DNA of 63,902 nucleotides, counting the filler, from Octopus bimaculoides (Eukaryota): assembly GCF_001194135.2 (NCBI RefSeq). It is 5 parts of 5 records of this genome, joined end to end, with 100 filler letters (N's around TTAATTAATTAA, not from the genome) between each part and the next. Parts side by side here need not be neighbours in the genome. Positions count along the whole stretch, not along the records: positions 1 to 24,495 come from NC_068981.1; 4 more parts are not named here. One strand, 5' to 3'. Made by a program: the position numbers and the translations under genes. Under the pieces are notes generated by a model. It made no database searches. It was given only the letters and a program-made list of their open reading frames with translations, and had not been told where the DNA came from. Shown one piece after another: positions 1 through 14,850 of the stretch (the stretch's first letter is position 1; the number at the start of each line of letters is the position of its first letter).

Positions 1-429
1 TGGCGTCCGCGCACACGCAACATGGTTTCAGGACGTTCACCACACACACACACACACAGACACACACACACACACACACAGGCACGCACACGCACACGCA
101 TACGCACACGCACACAAAATCGCAAATGCATAGAAAAGGAATATAAGCTTATACCCATATACGTATACGTCCGTGTATATTTATCACACAGAAGCATTTG
201 GAAAATAATTTGAACTACAGTTTTTAAAACCTTCAAGATGTCACTGTATTTTAGCGTCCCAGTATTGAACGTGTATATGTTGCACATATGTGCATTTACT
301 GCAGGGTATTTATTTCTGTGTGTGTTTCCTTTTCCGCATCCCACACACATCTATTCAAATCTGGTTTAGCAATTTTCTTATCAAATCTACTCTCATGATA
401 TTCTTCTCGTTAGTTTCTATATTTCAATG

Positions 430-434
430 TTTAG

Positions 435-487
<53 letters not shown>

Positions 488-720
488 GTCTATCTATCTA
501 TCTGCCTATGTATTTATGTATGTCTGTATGTACGCATGTACGTATGTATGTATATAACTATCTGCCTACGTATGTATGTATATATCTATCTATCTGTGTA
601 AGTATGTGTGTATGTATGTATGTGTGTATCCTTGCATGTCTGTCTGTTCATCTGTCTGTCTGTCTGTCTGCCTGCTTGTTGCATGACTGTCTGTTGGTCT
701 GTTTGTCTGTCTGTCTATCA
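430..720. repeat. Compound TATC/TATG/TGTC microsatellite
   Basis: Direct reading; similar tracts at 13330-13410, 24360-24495 and 58540-58600. Confidence 0.95.
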
Positions 721-1624
721 ACCAAGTGAGATGGATATATGTATGCCATTCGCATGTACAATTCATTTCATCATTTCTGTTAAGGCATCTAGAAATTTGA
801 TAAAATTTAAATTATTTTCATTGTATATCGGCCATATTTCCTTATATTTCCGATGCACTGCAAAAGGTCACACACTATTATACACAAATGACACGTAACC
901 AACATAAAGTACACACAAAACATACACAGTATACACACAGACACACATATGCACACATATGCACACATACGCACGCGCAAATGTGTGTGTATCTCACCGC
1001 ATACATTTGCTGACATATCTCACGTCTTAGTACCTGGCATATGAATATCTTCCTAGTTGTGCGTTTATATTAACTCTAGAGAATGTGTGTTAGTGTTATT
1101 TTATACGAGTATTTATGTACGTATGTGTATGTGTGTACGTGCGTGTGTATGTGTGCATATATTTATGAATATATGGATACACTTTTTTTAGTATGTGTGC
1201 ATGTATAAGATCATCTCAACGGTCCAGCATGTATATGTGTATTTGCGTGCTGGCGTGTTGAATTTATGCTTGTTTTGATAAATGTGAAATTACATCCGTT
1301 TTTTAATGACGCGACATACATCCGAGGGTTAAATCAGCAGCTTTCGGAGTCGGCCTACTATTAATTAACTGACTTGCTGTCACCTTTAAAACTACTAAAC
1401 CCGCTACACTCTATACAGCTGTCTACACAAGTTTGCACCTGTCATATACTCCGGAACAACCTGCTCAGCAATAGCAATCGGTTTAACATTTTCTTTCTAT
1501 CATATCGGTCATTTTCTGTCTATCATATCGGTCTATCATGTCGGTCATATTCATGCTCTACTAACAGAGCATTTTAACTTTCTTTTGTTTTCGACATCTT
1601 GTTTTTTTGGTCATTCTTTGTTAT

Positions 1625-2855
1625 ACTAGTTCCGTGCAAAGAGAAACCAAACTTTTAAAACAGCCAGCGCAGCATAGTGGCGACTGCAGTGTTGTATATT
1701 GATGACGTTGCTCTTTAGTCTGATAATCCTTACATCAATACATGCTAGTTAGTCGTCTATCTACATGGTGAAAAATGATCGTATGTCTATTAGACTTAGC
1801 GATTTGTCGCAAGTTGAACAATCTGAGACTTGAAAGAGTAACACACTTGATCGAAATTCTGTTTAAAGTAGGGGGGAAAGCAACATCTTGCAGAGATTTT
1901 TCTAATGTTGTAAACATGCCTACAAGGAAGATTGTAGTAACCGGTGCCAATGTCACAAGTGTTAACAGCTTTTCAAATTGGTAAGGACATCCAGCAAAAG
2001 ATGAATTTGAATAAAGCAAATTACAATCACATTGCTTATTCGTACACAGTCTGATTGATGAAAATTGTTGCCCAAGTGTCTATGAAGTTTTTGAAACAGC
2101 AATCTTCTGTAAATATTCATGCTACAATATTTTAAAAGAAAATTTGAAGCTTCAACGTGTTGCTGTGTAATTTCTTAAAGAAAAAGAAAACCAGACTCAG
2201 TCAGCGAGTCTGATCGTTCGAATACTGATGATATTTTTCTGAAAAGTGTTATGAGGGGTGGTGGGTGTAGAAACTACAGTCTCGAAACACAAAGGTAGTC
2301 GTTGAAATCTATTGCTACATCATCGGGGGAAACAAAAACCATGTGAAGGTGATGTTAGTCGTATATTTTCATTGGAAGGGCGTTTATTTCATGCAACTAT
2401 AAAAACACCGAACAGTTTTACAGTAGTCTTGAGGTACTTGAGAGAGAGAGAGGCAGTGCGAAGGCAGAGGCTTGAGTCGTGGACAGACCCTGGATACTAC
2501 ACTATGACAATCCTCCTCCTCGGCAAGAAGGACATGACACTTGTACCCCCGCTGCCATTCTCTCCGAATTTTGCATCTGCAAACTTTTTATTTTATAAAT
2601 TGAATTCCAACCTCAAAGACTGCTGCTTTCAGATGATAGCATAAAGCAATAACTAGATTAGTAAATAAATGAAAAGAATAGGAACATTGACACGTGCACT
2701 GAGCAGTACCTCAGTAAACTCGTATCATGAGGAGTACCAAAACTTGAAGGAACTTGGGTAGAGTGTGTCACCAAAAAGGACAATATTGAAACAGTATTGA
2801 GGAAGAGTAAAGGCAATGGGCAGATTAGAGCTAATTTTTGTTGACAGCTATTTGA
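1625..2855 (+). mobile_element. Decayed near-full-length mariner (DD34D-type) transposon
   Basis: Frameshifted motifs KFCFKVG (about 1853), VKVMLVVYFHWKG, REAVRRQR, LHYDNP and VPPLPFSPNFASANF..FYKLNSNLKDCCFQ, matching mariner KFCxKLG, VMLxVFxDxxG, HDNAP and YSPDLAPxDF. TIR remnants at both ends are degraded, so the ends are approximate. Confidence 0.8.
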
Positions 2856-2894
2856 AAACATTTTTAGCTATGTATTCCGATATACGAATTGGTG

Positions 2895-3190
2895 AGAAGA
2901 CTAATATTTTATGTAGAAGATGGGGTTAAATGCCGTGCAAGCTTGGTAAGGAAGCCAAAAACTCAAATCTCTGAATTTGGTGGTTCAAAGCCCCCTATCT
3001 TAATCCATTAGAGAAAACTTTGATAGAAGGTTGTGAGCGAAATAATAAAAATTACATCAGTCAAGAAGCTGAAGAAAGCATTGACCGAAAAGTGGATAAA
3101 CATAGATCAATCTGTCGACGATAAATTAATTAAATCCATGCTTCATAAGGTAAAACAATGATATTAGTTAAAGGATGGTCAAAAGGAGGC
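2895..3190 (+). mobile_element. Tc1-type transposase C-terminal relic
   Basis: With two frameshifts it reads ..QSP/YLNPLE..LKKALTEKWINIDQSVDDKLIKSMLHKVK, matching Tc1 SPDLNPIE..LKxALxxxW..LIxSMxxRxxAV. Confidence 0.65.
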
Positions 3191-3342
3191 AAGGAAAAAT
3201 CCCATTAATATAGGAAAATATTTCATGTAGATATTACAAGTGATATTACACGATAAATTAATATTGCTTTATATTGCATAGTCTAAAACGTTGTATGTAT
3301 TTATGTATGTAATTATATTTATATGTATATACATATCGATCT

Positions 3343-3376
<34 letters not shown>

Positions 3377-3378
<2 letters not shown>

Positions 3379-3534
3379 GAGAATATACAAAAAATAACAA
3401 CAGACGAGGACAGGTGGTGTAAATAACAAAAGTATATATTAGTATGACGCTCGGGAATACGGAAAGTCTTTGACGTTTCGAGCTACGCTCTTCAACAGAA
3501 AGAATACGGAGACAAGGAGAAAAACACGGAGAAA
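3377..3534 (-). mobile_element. Penelope-type terminal module with hammerhead-like motif, ends in (TA)n
   Basis: Same family as 38816-38990. Motif UCUUU CUGUUGA A GAG-CGUAG-CUC GAAA CGUC^ AAAGA at 3467-3503. Confidence 0.65.
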
Positions 3535-3778
3535 NNNNNNNNNNNNNNNNNNNNNNNNNNNNNNNNNNNNNNNNNNNNNNNNNNNNNNNNNNNNNNNNNN
3601 NNNNNNNNNNNNNNNNNNNNNNNNNNNNNNNNNNNNNNNNNNNNNNNNNNNNNNNNNNNNNNNNNNNNNNNNNNNNNNNNNNNNNNNNNNNNNNNNNNNN
3701 NNNNNNNNNNNNNNNNNNNNNNNNNNNNNNNNNNNNNNNNNNNNNNNNNNNNNNNNNNNNNNNNNNNNNNNNNNNNNN

Positions 3779-3810
<32 letters not shown>

Positions 3811-6800
3811 ATCGTTAGAGCATTAAGCAAAATGTATTATTTCTTTATGCTTTGAGTTCAAATCCCGACGAGGTCAACGCTGATTTTATCTGTTTGGGTC
3901 GATAAATTACAGCGCCCGGCTAACTCTCCTTGAAATTGCTGATCTTTTGACTATTCTGGAAACAATTATTACTTTTGACGTCAAATGATATTAATACCAC
4001 ATGATTTTACATTTCTTAAAATATATACATTTTGGCGAATCCAGCCTTTTGCAAGCGATTTAGATGTACAAAGTATAAAAGATAAGATAAATGTCAGAAC
4101 TTTTCAGGAGTTTATTAGACGTGGAGCATATTTTCTATCATTTATCGTAAAGATAACTTCCATAGCGTCGAACTATGTAGGTGCCAAGGGTGGAATCCCT
4201 AAGCGATTGCTCAACCTTCTAGGATAACAGACGCCACAGGCTACTGTTTTAGAAACGGTAGACAATGTAGTTCCCGATATTCCAAAAATATGCGATCATG
4301 GCTGCAAAATCATTGGCCATAGTCCTGCTCATTCGGGGATGATTTTGTATTAAACAAATATAGTACAGCCAGCATTCACTTGCGGTTTGGTAGCATGTGC
4401 AATGCTTTTACTAATTGTATTAGGGGGTCTACGTATGTTGCAAATAAACATTGACAGTCTCTCCAATCTCTCTAGACTCTGCGGAACATCCAGGGTGCAA
4501 CAGATGGAAGGAGAGAGCCCTCAATCAGTACTCAGCTGGTAAAAATTACTGCAGAGTAGACTAGTACAACGGGGATTGAAGTGCCTTGCTCAAGGATGCA
4601 ACTTACCACTCTCAGAGAATTAAATCTTATGTGTTATGAACTTGAAATGAACATCCTAATCTCTAGGGCTTCCTTGTACTAAACATGAACGACAATAACA
4701 ACAACAGCAGCAGCAGCAACAATAACAACAACAACAGTAACACCAATAACAACATACATAATGCTGTGGTAGTTATATCAGTCGACATGTGTAGATGATA
4801 CTTTATTATACTAAGTTGTAAATTGATATGAAGAGATAACGATCGAAGGAAACTCAACAAAGCACGAATACAACAATACAGGAGTAATTTTAACGACAGC
4901 ATGGAGCGAGATTGCTATATATGTTTAAGAGGTTAATATACTTCGTAAATGTAATTAAAAACTGAAAAACATTTTGTTAGGCGCTTTACCGATTCCGTGT
5001 CAAGTATACCATCAAAATATGTAGCTTCCAATATCTATTCCATATTAGCACGACACTTCTCAAGTGATCATTGTCCAACGGTATTAGTAAGGATAATACT
5101 TAGCTGATGAAGTCCAACAAGGCGGAAATTTGTCCAAAATTGTCATTGTAAGGACTCGTAGGGCACTGGATTCATCGCATTCTATTTCTGATTAATTTTA
5201 GATAATGAAAACTGGGGTTCTCTCCCTTGTTTGCTTAAAATTAAAAAATTGACGATTAAGCGAAGATTTTTTCTTCTCACCACAAATGCAATTTTTATTA
5301 ATTCGAATATCTTACCTCATGACACCAAATTAGTTTGAACAGCTTTATCATATAAATTTCATGCAGAGTGTGTACCTGGGGGTTTTCCCTTTGTTGTTCT
5401 ATAAAAGAATTACCTAAACTGATAGAGTGTTAAAATACATCCTGTAACTAGTAAATGAAATTTGCTGAAGGTATTTTTTTAAATACCTTAGGGAAGCCAT
5501 ATATTACTCTAGATTACCTTTCCTCTCTACAACAGACATATCTGATAATGAGGATGCTACCTGTCATAAACTGGAGTCTAACTACAAGAAAACTACCTCT
5601 TCTCCGCCCACATCATCACAGCGAAAATAAGCGGCAACTTTCAAAGTTCTTTGAGGTATTCAGAGAGAATTTTTAAAAGTTGCATATGCGCGTATTCTTC
5701 TGTTTCAATCACACTACATAATACTTCGATATTATCATTTCGTATAACTTCATGTTACCTTCACTCCGTCTACACTCGTTCGTTTTTTTCAGTTGTTATT
5801 CTACTCTACATATATTCTTTATATTAGTACTTGGTTGTTTATCCCCTATTACCTCAGAACCTTTCACTTTCTTCATGCCACCTCCTGGATCTTAAATTCT
5901 TCATATTTTTACAACTTTCCTCATCTTTTTTGCCAACGTATCCTTTTACATTATATTTTCCACTTATACATATATTCTTATTTCATTCCTTATCTTCGAT
6001 GTCCCTCCCTTGATGTGTTTATCTTCTCTCACGCAATTTCCAGTCTATATTTTCGTCTTCTGTTATCTTTTATAACAACCCCTCCTTATATATATATATA
6101 TATATATATCAACCCTCAACCAATTCACCCAAAATAATCAAATGCTACATCGGAATCAGCTGTTCTTGTAATATGAAACATAGTTTTATAGCTTTATATT
6201 GTGATTGTTCTTCCCATTGACTTTATATTCACCGAGGCATTCGGCGTTTCTAAAAATGAAAAACTATAATAAAAATAAAATAAAAAGAAAGGGCGCTAAT
6301 CGCAAGTGGATGAAAAAACGCTACCATATAACGGGCAATTAGATCTGGTAGAGAAGGTCTTCTTACGTTCAGAGTAGGAATGTCTGCCACGTACACTTCA
6401 GAGCCTGCCCACCAACGTTGAATCGTAGAGAAAATATTGCCAATTGTCATAATGTTTGTTTACATTGGTACCCGTTTCAATATTATATTATAAAGAGAAG
6501 AGGTTACTAACTTTAGATGCTGAGTACAGGGATGAAATGAAATAAATATAAACTTGTGAATGACTTTTCGGATTGCTGACATATTACTAAATGCTGTTTT
6601 GAAATTGCAGAAAGATTCGTTATATCTGTACAAATCATAATTTCCAGGATCCTGCTATGTACAATTAACTTTGTTGTTAACCCTACTAGCTTCACTGAGT
6701 AATCATTGAAATTTCTCTTTTATTTACATTTATTTACATTTATCCTATTTACAGACATAATACTACGAGCCAAAATGGGTTCATCAATATGCTGCTTACC

Positions 6801-8940
6801 TCCATATTCCCCAGTGTTTGCAGAGTGAAGCAAATATCATCCTGGATAGGACATAGTCATTTCATTATATAAACTTCTTAGACTTTTTCTTCATCCATTG
6901 TAAACTGATATATATATAAAAAAAAAAACATATAAACTGATAGTCAAATGATTGCTTCTATGATTATCAATGAAACTATCATAGTGTTGGTAGTAGGGCG
7001 TTAAAGACCTTATTCATTCGGTCATTTGTAATCTATATCTCCTGGGTAAAATACCCGAAGAGTGCTGCACTTTGCATGTAAAACTTGACAAAGTGTGCGC
7101 TATGAAACTAAATGTAGTAATTGAAGAAATATCTATTAACTTACATTCAGTCCTTCATGATTTTCCATAATTATGTAATGGAAACGAGCACTGAATTGGT
7201 AGAATAGTAAGAGCGACAGAGTAAAGTTTTCACGGTTCTTTACAGTCTGAGTTCAAATCCCACTTAGGTCAACTTTGCGGTTCATCCTTTTGAGATCGAT
7301 AAAATAAAATGCCAGTCAAGTAGTGCGGTCAATGGTATTGGCTGACAGCTTCCCTCAAAATACGCTCGTTATGTGTCTAAACTAGAAACCATAATTGTAA
7401 AATGGAAAAACATTAATCATGACCTTACTTATTCTTGTCAAAAAAGACGGGTAACACAAGTTGGACTGAAGCCTGATATTTAGCACTAAATTTAGTATGA
7501 TGGTAGTCACTTTACTATGTATCATTTATGCAGTAGGCGCCGTTGAGTATGTCCCCCCCTCACCCTGTCCTTTCTAATTTGTCACACCAGCCAGTGTTTG
7601 ATCTAGGAAAGGCCAATAATCTCTTCACTTATTCAACGATCATAAAATACTGGTTTGAGTATTTTTCTTGAGATAAAACGCTTGAGAAATAATACAAAAC
7701 AAAGGAACACAAATATTTTAATAAAGAGATTAGAATTAATGGTTTTAACCAGATATCCAAAGTTATATCTATGACGGAAAACGAACTCGTTGGTGCTGAG
7801 TCGTTACTTTCAGATAATTGTGCATTTATGTAAGTGTAGCAAATAAACGGCAGAAATTGTTCATAGCTCTCGACTCGAATAGGCTTTACGGCCGCTTATT
7901 CGAATACTTCCTTGTTTCTATAATCGTAAAGCTTCTTTTATATTAGGAACGTAGTTTATACAAAACCAGCGTTCTTGCTATTGATATTGCTTCTTTTTTA
8001 ATGTTAGACACTTAATATATATTAATTAGATCTGTAGTAAACAAACCACATTTTTCCTCATCGTTGGAACGAAGTATATGTTTTAAGAAATCTTAAATTA
8101 ATTTTACAAGAAGTTTCTGAGGATATATTCTCCACCAACATCGGCAGCACAGATGAAATTCTTCATTTTGACATCTGTTAATACAAATATTCTTACTACA
8201 ACGTCTCAAAGAGAAAGAGAGCAGCTGTTTTGCCAGTTTTCTGCCACAGCATTTGAACCTAGGATGCCTAACTAGCCGCCAGATATGTCACTCGACTGTT
8301 AGAATTAATGAGATTGAAGACGCGCCGAAGCAGCGGTGACGACAGCTAGCAATTATAGCTATCGTATCATTGCATCAGTTAACCTGGTCTTCTTTTTACG
8401 AGTTCTACTATCAAATCGTAATCTGTTCGTGGTTTCTTTCTGTGAATGCAGCTACACAAAAACATTTTCCACTCGCTTTCACTAACGCGTTCACTTTGGT
8501 AATTATATTCTTTGAATGTTTCTGCGGCGGTGACTACATGTAATACATTAGCTTATTTCAACGGTTATGACGAGGCATGATTTCCATAAAGGAAAGTTTT
8601 CATCCATATACACACACAGGTACATACATATACTCAAAAGACACGTGTACGCATATATGTGCACACACACACACAGACACACACGCACACACATTCTATC
8701 TGTTTGTCTGTCTCTCTCTCTTTCTTACATACATACAGATGTGTATATATTTATGTATAAAATGTTTTAATGAATTTATGTGCATTTACGTGTGAGCAAA
8801 TTTACAGACTAAATCATTAAGAGTTATGTTCATTTACTTTTCCTGAACTTGTTATGACGAGCTAATTTATTTTGAGTGTGTTTACACATAACAAAATAAT
8901 ATCACTTTTCTGCAACGGAATAGTCACACACACATACACA

Positions 8941-9021
<81 letters not shown>

Positions 9022-9614
9022 ACACACACATCATACACTCACAACATACACACATACACACGAACACACTGGCTTGTATAATCAGAGAGCAGTTCTTCTT
9101 TCAAACAGGTAAAGATAATATTTTGTTCTAGTTTAAAGTACTTTTTCCATATATTTTTTTCCTATTTCTTCATTAGTCCATGTTTCTTGTAGAATAACAA
9201 CTTTCTTTAGTCCATAAAAGTTTTAGGACCTTCAGTTTCATCCTCTAAATGAAATGTTAGTAGAGTATTGTTAGCACATTTTATTATTATCATTATAATT
9301 AAAGCAGTGAGCAGTCAGAATCGTTAGCGCGGGGGCAAAATCATTACCGGCATTTCCACCGTCCTTACGTTCTTAGTTCAAATTCGGCCGAGGTCGACTT
9401 TACCTTTCATCCTTTTGGAGTCAATAAAATAAGTACCACTTGAACACGGTTTCCTATGTCTTATCGGGTGATCGCACTGAATCATTGCATCCAACAAGAT
9501 TTTGCAATTCTCATTTTCGGTGACTCCTTCTGGAGTTTTCTCATACCACACCTTTGCTCTTTGTTGATCGTGATATTATTATCAGCGTAGTGTCGGGGAA
9601 AGTACTTTCCAGTA

Positions 9615-9850
9615 CAGTAATCCCTCGACTATCGCAGGTGTTACGTTCCAAAAAAACCCTGTGATAGGTGAAAATCCCCGAAGTAGAAACAGTACTGTAC
9701 TGTATATATATTTTTCTAATTATTTTTATAATTTGTATATATTTATTTTATTATACATGCAACACCACGGATGAATCGAGGTAAGCTTAAATAATAAACC
9801 ACGATAGGTGAAACGCGATAGATGAACCGCGATATGGCAAGGGTTTACTG
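9615..9850. mobile_element. Tigger/pogo-like MITE, 236 bp
   Basis: TIRs CAGTAATCCCTCGACTATCGC and reverse complement CAGTAAACCCTTGCCATATCGC; TA on both flanks (9613-9614, 9851-9852). Confidence 0.85.
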
Positions 9851-10457
9851 TACTTGTTTGGACTCTTTACTTTCTGAGTCACAATTCCATCAATGGCGAC
9901 ACCGTTTCGTGCCTTTATTTCGTTTTGCATTTTGCTTTGTCCTTACTGGCTTGACGTATCATTTGTTATATAGTACCGTTGTCGACTTGTAAACGAGTAC
10001 GAAAATCACTAAGAAATTATCTTAACCTACATGTTAAAGACAACGGCTGCCATCACTATATGCACATACACATATATACAAATACACACGCGCACGCGCA
10101 CTCACACACACACAAATGTATATACGCTCACATGAGACAGGCTCCTTTAGGGCCTTCGAAACTTGTAGTAGCATCGAATCCGAACCAACTGTTTTGAATA
10201 ATACATTTAACTCCCAATAAATGTGTCCTTTATTTCGTTTGTCCACACACTCATATATGTATATATATATATATAAAACTAATCTAAACAGCAGTTTGCA
10301 ATGTTTCACCAAAAATGAGAATTACAAATGTCATTAAATATGACTAGGGTATTAGAAACACCTACATTGCTAGAAATAAGAGCTAAAAAGCTCTAATGTG
10401 CGTTGACTGCAGCATTAGAGCATTTTAGCTCTTATTTCTCTCTCTCTCACTCCCCCC

Positions 10458-10517
<60 letters not shown>

Positions 10518-10994
10518 NNNNNNNNNNNNNNNNNNNNNNNNNNNNNNNNNNNNNNNNNNNNNNNNNNNNNNNNNNNNNNNNNNNNNNNNNNNNNNNNNNN
10601 NNNNNNNNNNNNNNNNNNNNNNNNNNNNNNNNNNNNNNNNNNNNNNNNNNNNNNNNNNNNNNNNNNNNNNNNNNNNNNNNNNNNNNNNNNNNNNNNNNNN
10701 NNNNNNNNNNNNNNNNNNNNNNNNNNNNNNNNNNNNNNNNNNNNNNNNNNNNNNNNNNNNNNNNNNNNNNNNNNNNNNNNNNNNNNNNNNNNNNNNNNNN
10801 NNNNNNNNNNNNNNNNNNNNNNNNNNNNNNNNNNNNNNNNNNNNNNNNNNNNNNNNNNNNNNNNNNNNNNNNNNNNNNNNNNNNNNNNNNNNNNNNNNNN
10901 NNNNNNNNNNNNNNNNNNNNNNNNNNNNNNNNNNNNNNNNNNNNNNNNNNNNNNNNNNNNNNNNNNNNNNNNNNNNNNNNNNNNNNNNNNNNNN

Positions 10995-11037
<43 letters not shown>

Positions 11038-11279
11038 AGATACTCACTTATAGATGTATATGTGTCTATATACATATATACATATATAAATACATATACG
11101 TGTATCTATCTCTCATTTTTTACCTATCTAGCTCATTTTTTGTTTGTATTTATATAAGCATACATACATACGTACACATATATATATACACACACACACA
11201 TACGCATGCACGCACACACATACACGCACACATAGGTACACGTGCACACACACACACACATACACACNNNNNNNNNNCA

Positions 11280-11317
<38 letters not shown>

Positions 11318-13358
11318 CATCCGAATATCTGAGGGAAGAACAATAAAATCTACCACGACAGTTTTTCATTCTCAAGAAAGGGAAAAACATTGAAACGAGA
11401 AAGTGTGAATGAAAGAAAAGAGAGAAAAAGAGAGAGGGCTAGATGTAGGGGGAGGGAAGAGAGAGAGAGAGAGAGAGTGAGAGAGAGAGAGAGAGAACGA
11501 AGGGTGGAAGTAATTTAATGTCTCGGATTATGTACTAACAAATAAGTATTTTGTACGGAGCTCTACTCTATGGTTTCTTCTTCTATACCTCACTTATCTG
11601 TATTTATAATAAAGTGATCTTATTACTATATAAACACGACTTTTCACAACACCCTTCTGTATAGTAATGCACAAAATAAATGCAATTTAGCTTAGCTTAT
11701 GTCACAACGTTCATTGCTTTCACATTCTTGTGTACGCTAAATTTTCTGTCGAACACGCACAAAAATTACCAGCCACATACGCATGTTCACTCATACACCA
11801 AATGTACATACACAAACACACTCATACAGACACATATTCACGCACATACTGACAAATATTCACACACATATAGAGAAGAATGAAATAAAAAATGAATAAA
11901 AACCAAAACTTTCCAACAGAAGTATGGTTACAAGCATACAAACATACAGGCATACAGACATACAGATAGGAAACATTTTATAATTCAATAAAATACAACG
12001 CAACATACTTTATTTAATGTATAATTTACCTCTAAGCGGAGCCTTCAATTGCAATACTAACAAGGCAATTCTGTTATCATACTGGAAACAAGGTAAAAAT
12101 TTAACTTTAAAATTTGAATAATTTTCCATTTACATTCTAGCTTCAAAAGATATTGATATTGAAATGTGCACGGTAAAATAACTAATAAATAACGAAATGA
12201 ATGAATAAATTTAATGAACAAATATCTTATCAAAATGAGCAACCATTATCATTTGATAAATGTTAATGGAGAAAGAAGTAAATAACGAGTTCTAATGGTT
12301 TATTTGAAATTTCTCCGAAGCTTTATAACCAAAATAAATAAAGTAATGATTTATAAATCAAATATCACAGCTAGTTAAGTTGAACGTGAAAAGATCGGCT
12401 TAGAAATAAAAACAGCTAAATGTACTCCAGCTAGTAATAACTTGCTAACATCTATAGATGATTTCATAATCCATTCTTGTTTATGGTGTCCTTATGAATA
12501 TCACTATATGCAACGAAGCAAGAGCTCATTTGTGTGAGCGCATAAAGCTAAACAGTAAATTTCGCATATTTGCAAAGCAATACTGACTTGTGTCAAGGGA
12601 GGTAATCAATCGCTGCTGTAACTACACGCTGCTAATTGAAGCGGTAAAAATGCAGTTTGAATGCTGAACGCCATATTGAAACGCTTCATACAATGAATTG
12701 CAAACTCCTCTTCAAGCAGTGAACACTATTTCTTTTCATTGAATATGAATAGAGTTAATGTGAAGGAATAAACTTTTACTGCCAACATAATCGGATGTGT
12801 CTGAAAGGATTTCTACATCGCTGGACAGTCAGTTTTAACAAATGAAGTTGTTTTGTACCTTGCCACTAAAAGCAATTATTTGAAATGCTGTTTGAGACGT
12901 AATCTATATGTGTTTAAGAGTCACTCTCTATAAATGAAACGAAAAGGGTTCATTGGTCGATGTGAGTCGATCGTAAATAGAGAAATAGAAATCGGTGTTT
13001 GGTGTATAGTGTTGAAGTTCTGAAACGGATAAGGTACAAAATGTTTAGTACGTTACTGTCTTTTATAGGAACTAAAATGAGATTGCCTTCATGTTCTCAT
13101 ACAGATTAAGTGTTAATCTAGGAAAGTATTGCAGAAAGTATTGCAGAAATGATAGTTATTTACATTCAGCAGAGTGGTTTCTTTTTAGCTGTAAATTTAT
13201 ATTAATTTCTATCGGAATAATAAAGCTTGTAATTAAAAATGACAGAGTAATGAGAAAGCGATGGATAGAAAAGCAGAAAGATAGAGATGGGTAGGTAGAG
13301 CGACAGATAGATGGAGAGACAGACCGGTAGACAGATGGACAGAAAGATAGGTAGGTAG

Positions 13359-13411
<53 letters not shown>

Positions 13412-13559
13412 ATTATATATAGAGAGAAAGACAAATAAGAAATATCCACAGAGGGAAAATGACGGATTGAGATGAGGATATATTGCAATATTGGTTTACA
13501 TCTGCATATAAATAACTGAATATTATAAACGTACAAAATACTCGCATGAATATTTGTAC

Positions 13560-13610
<51 letters not shown>

Positions 13611-14089
13611 AGTGTGTGTGTATATATATATATATACATATATATGTGTATATGTATACATATGTATGAATATATGTATGTGAATATATATACATATATA
13701 TATTTGTATGTGTATGCGTGTGTGTTTGTATGCATGTATGTATATCTACCAGAGAGACAGAGAGAGAGAAAGAGAGAGAGAGAGAGAGTGAGTGAGAGGG
13801 AGAGAGGATGGGGAGAGAATGAGAGGAGTTATATAAAGATATCAACATAATTGACTATAACATAATACAGATTATCATATAATGTTCAGCATTTCCAGTT
13901 TCATTACTCTATGTAAAACATACAGTCGTTTAATTATATTTTCGATATACTTCTACACATGTTCACAAATACACATTCAAGAGCTTGCGCAGTTAGCTAA
14001 ACAGCAATGTTTATTGTATCGATTTGCATTCGTAAAATGGTAAAGAAATATATTTTATTCGGAAGTATAGATTAGTTACGGTGCAATAG

Positions 14090-14455
14090 AAAATGCCCAC
14101 ACCATCCATAACCACTGCCGTTAAAACTGCTGCCGTCGCCACCGCCACTACCGACACTCCCGCACCACTATTACCACCACCACTCCACCACTACTACCAC
14201 CACCACTACTACCACCACCACCATCATCATCATGATCATGATCGTCTTCATCGTCTTCATCGTCACCGTAGTTGTTGCCGCTTTTGTCAACATCCTAATC
14301 GTCATTAACGCTGTCGTCTTTGTCATCAGCCAACTCCTCTTTCTTTTCCTTTTTCTCGTCATCCTCCACTTCTACACCATCATCTATCGTCATCATCATC
14401 ATTATCTTCCTCCTCCTCCTCCTCCTCATCATCATCATCATCGTCATCATCATCG

Positions 14456-14493
<38 letters not shown>

Positions 14494-14850
14494 GTCGTCA
14501 TCATCATCATCGTCATCATCTTAATAAATCGACGTCTAAATGACTAATTAGCCTCATCGATATTACCACAACTGCTAATCACGATCAAACTAGTAGTAGT
14601 AGTCACGATCATCACGATCGCCATCGGATACGCTGTCCTAAACATTATGCTCATCATCGTCATCGTAGTGGGCATCCATGCAAGCCTTCCTCCTCCCTTT
14701 CTCTTCCCCTACTCATAATATCACCCCATCGCCACCACCACTACCACCGTCGTCATCATCTTCATCCTCATCATCATGAGCAGCTTCGTCGTTATAATCA
14801 TCATCGTTATCATTATGAACATCGTCGTTGTAATCGTCATCATCCTTAGC
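14090..14850. repeat. Compound CAC/CAT/CGT trinucleotide low-complexity tract
   Basis: Direct reading; similar tracts at 37630-38195 (AGT/ATT/CAT) and 44478-44750 (GAT). Confidence 0.9.

Noticed and set aside
3068-3095. CTGAAGA...GAAA hammerhead look-alike
   Set aside because: It lies in the Tc1 coding relic (LKKALTEKW). Similar chance hits at about 21878 (RT, IPDE) and 36670 (transposase, SDE).
6560-6850. Minus-strand micro-exons (DDICFTLQTLGNME; QDPGNYDLYRYNESFCNFK)
   Set aside because: One good donor, but weak acceptors, no recognisable family and not ferritin; comparable signals exist on the plus strand.
14093-14547. His-rich, Met-rich and poly-Ile ORFs
   Set aside because: Translations of CAC/CAT tracts open in several frames on both strands; same for 37577-38305 and 44412-44789.
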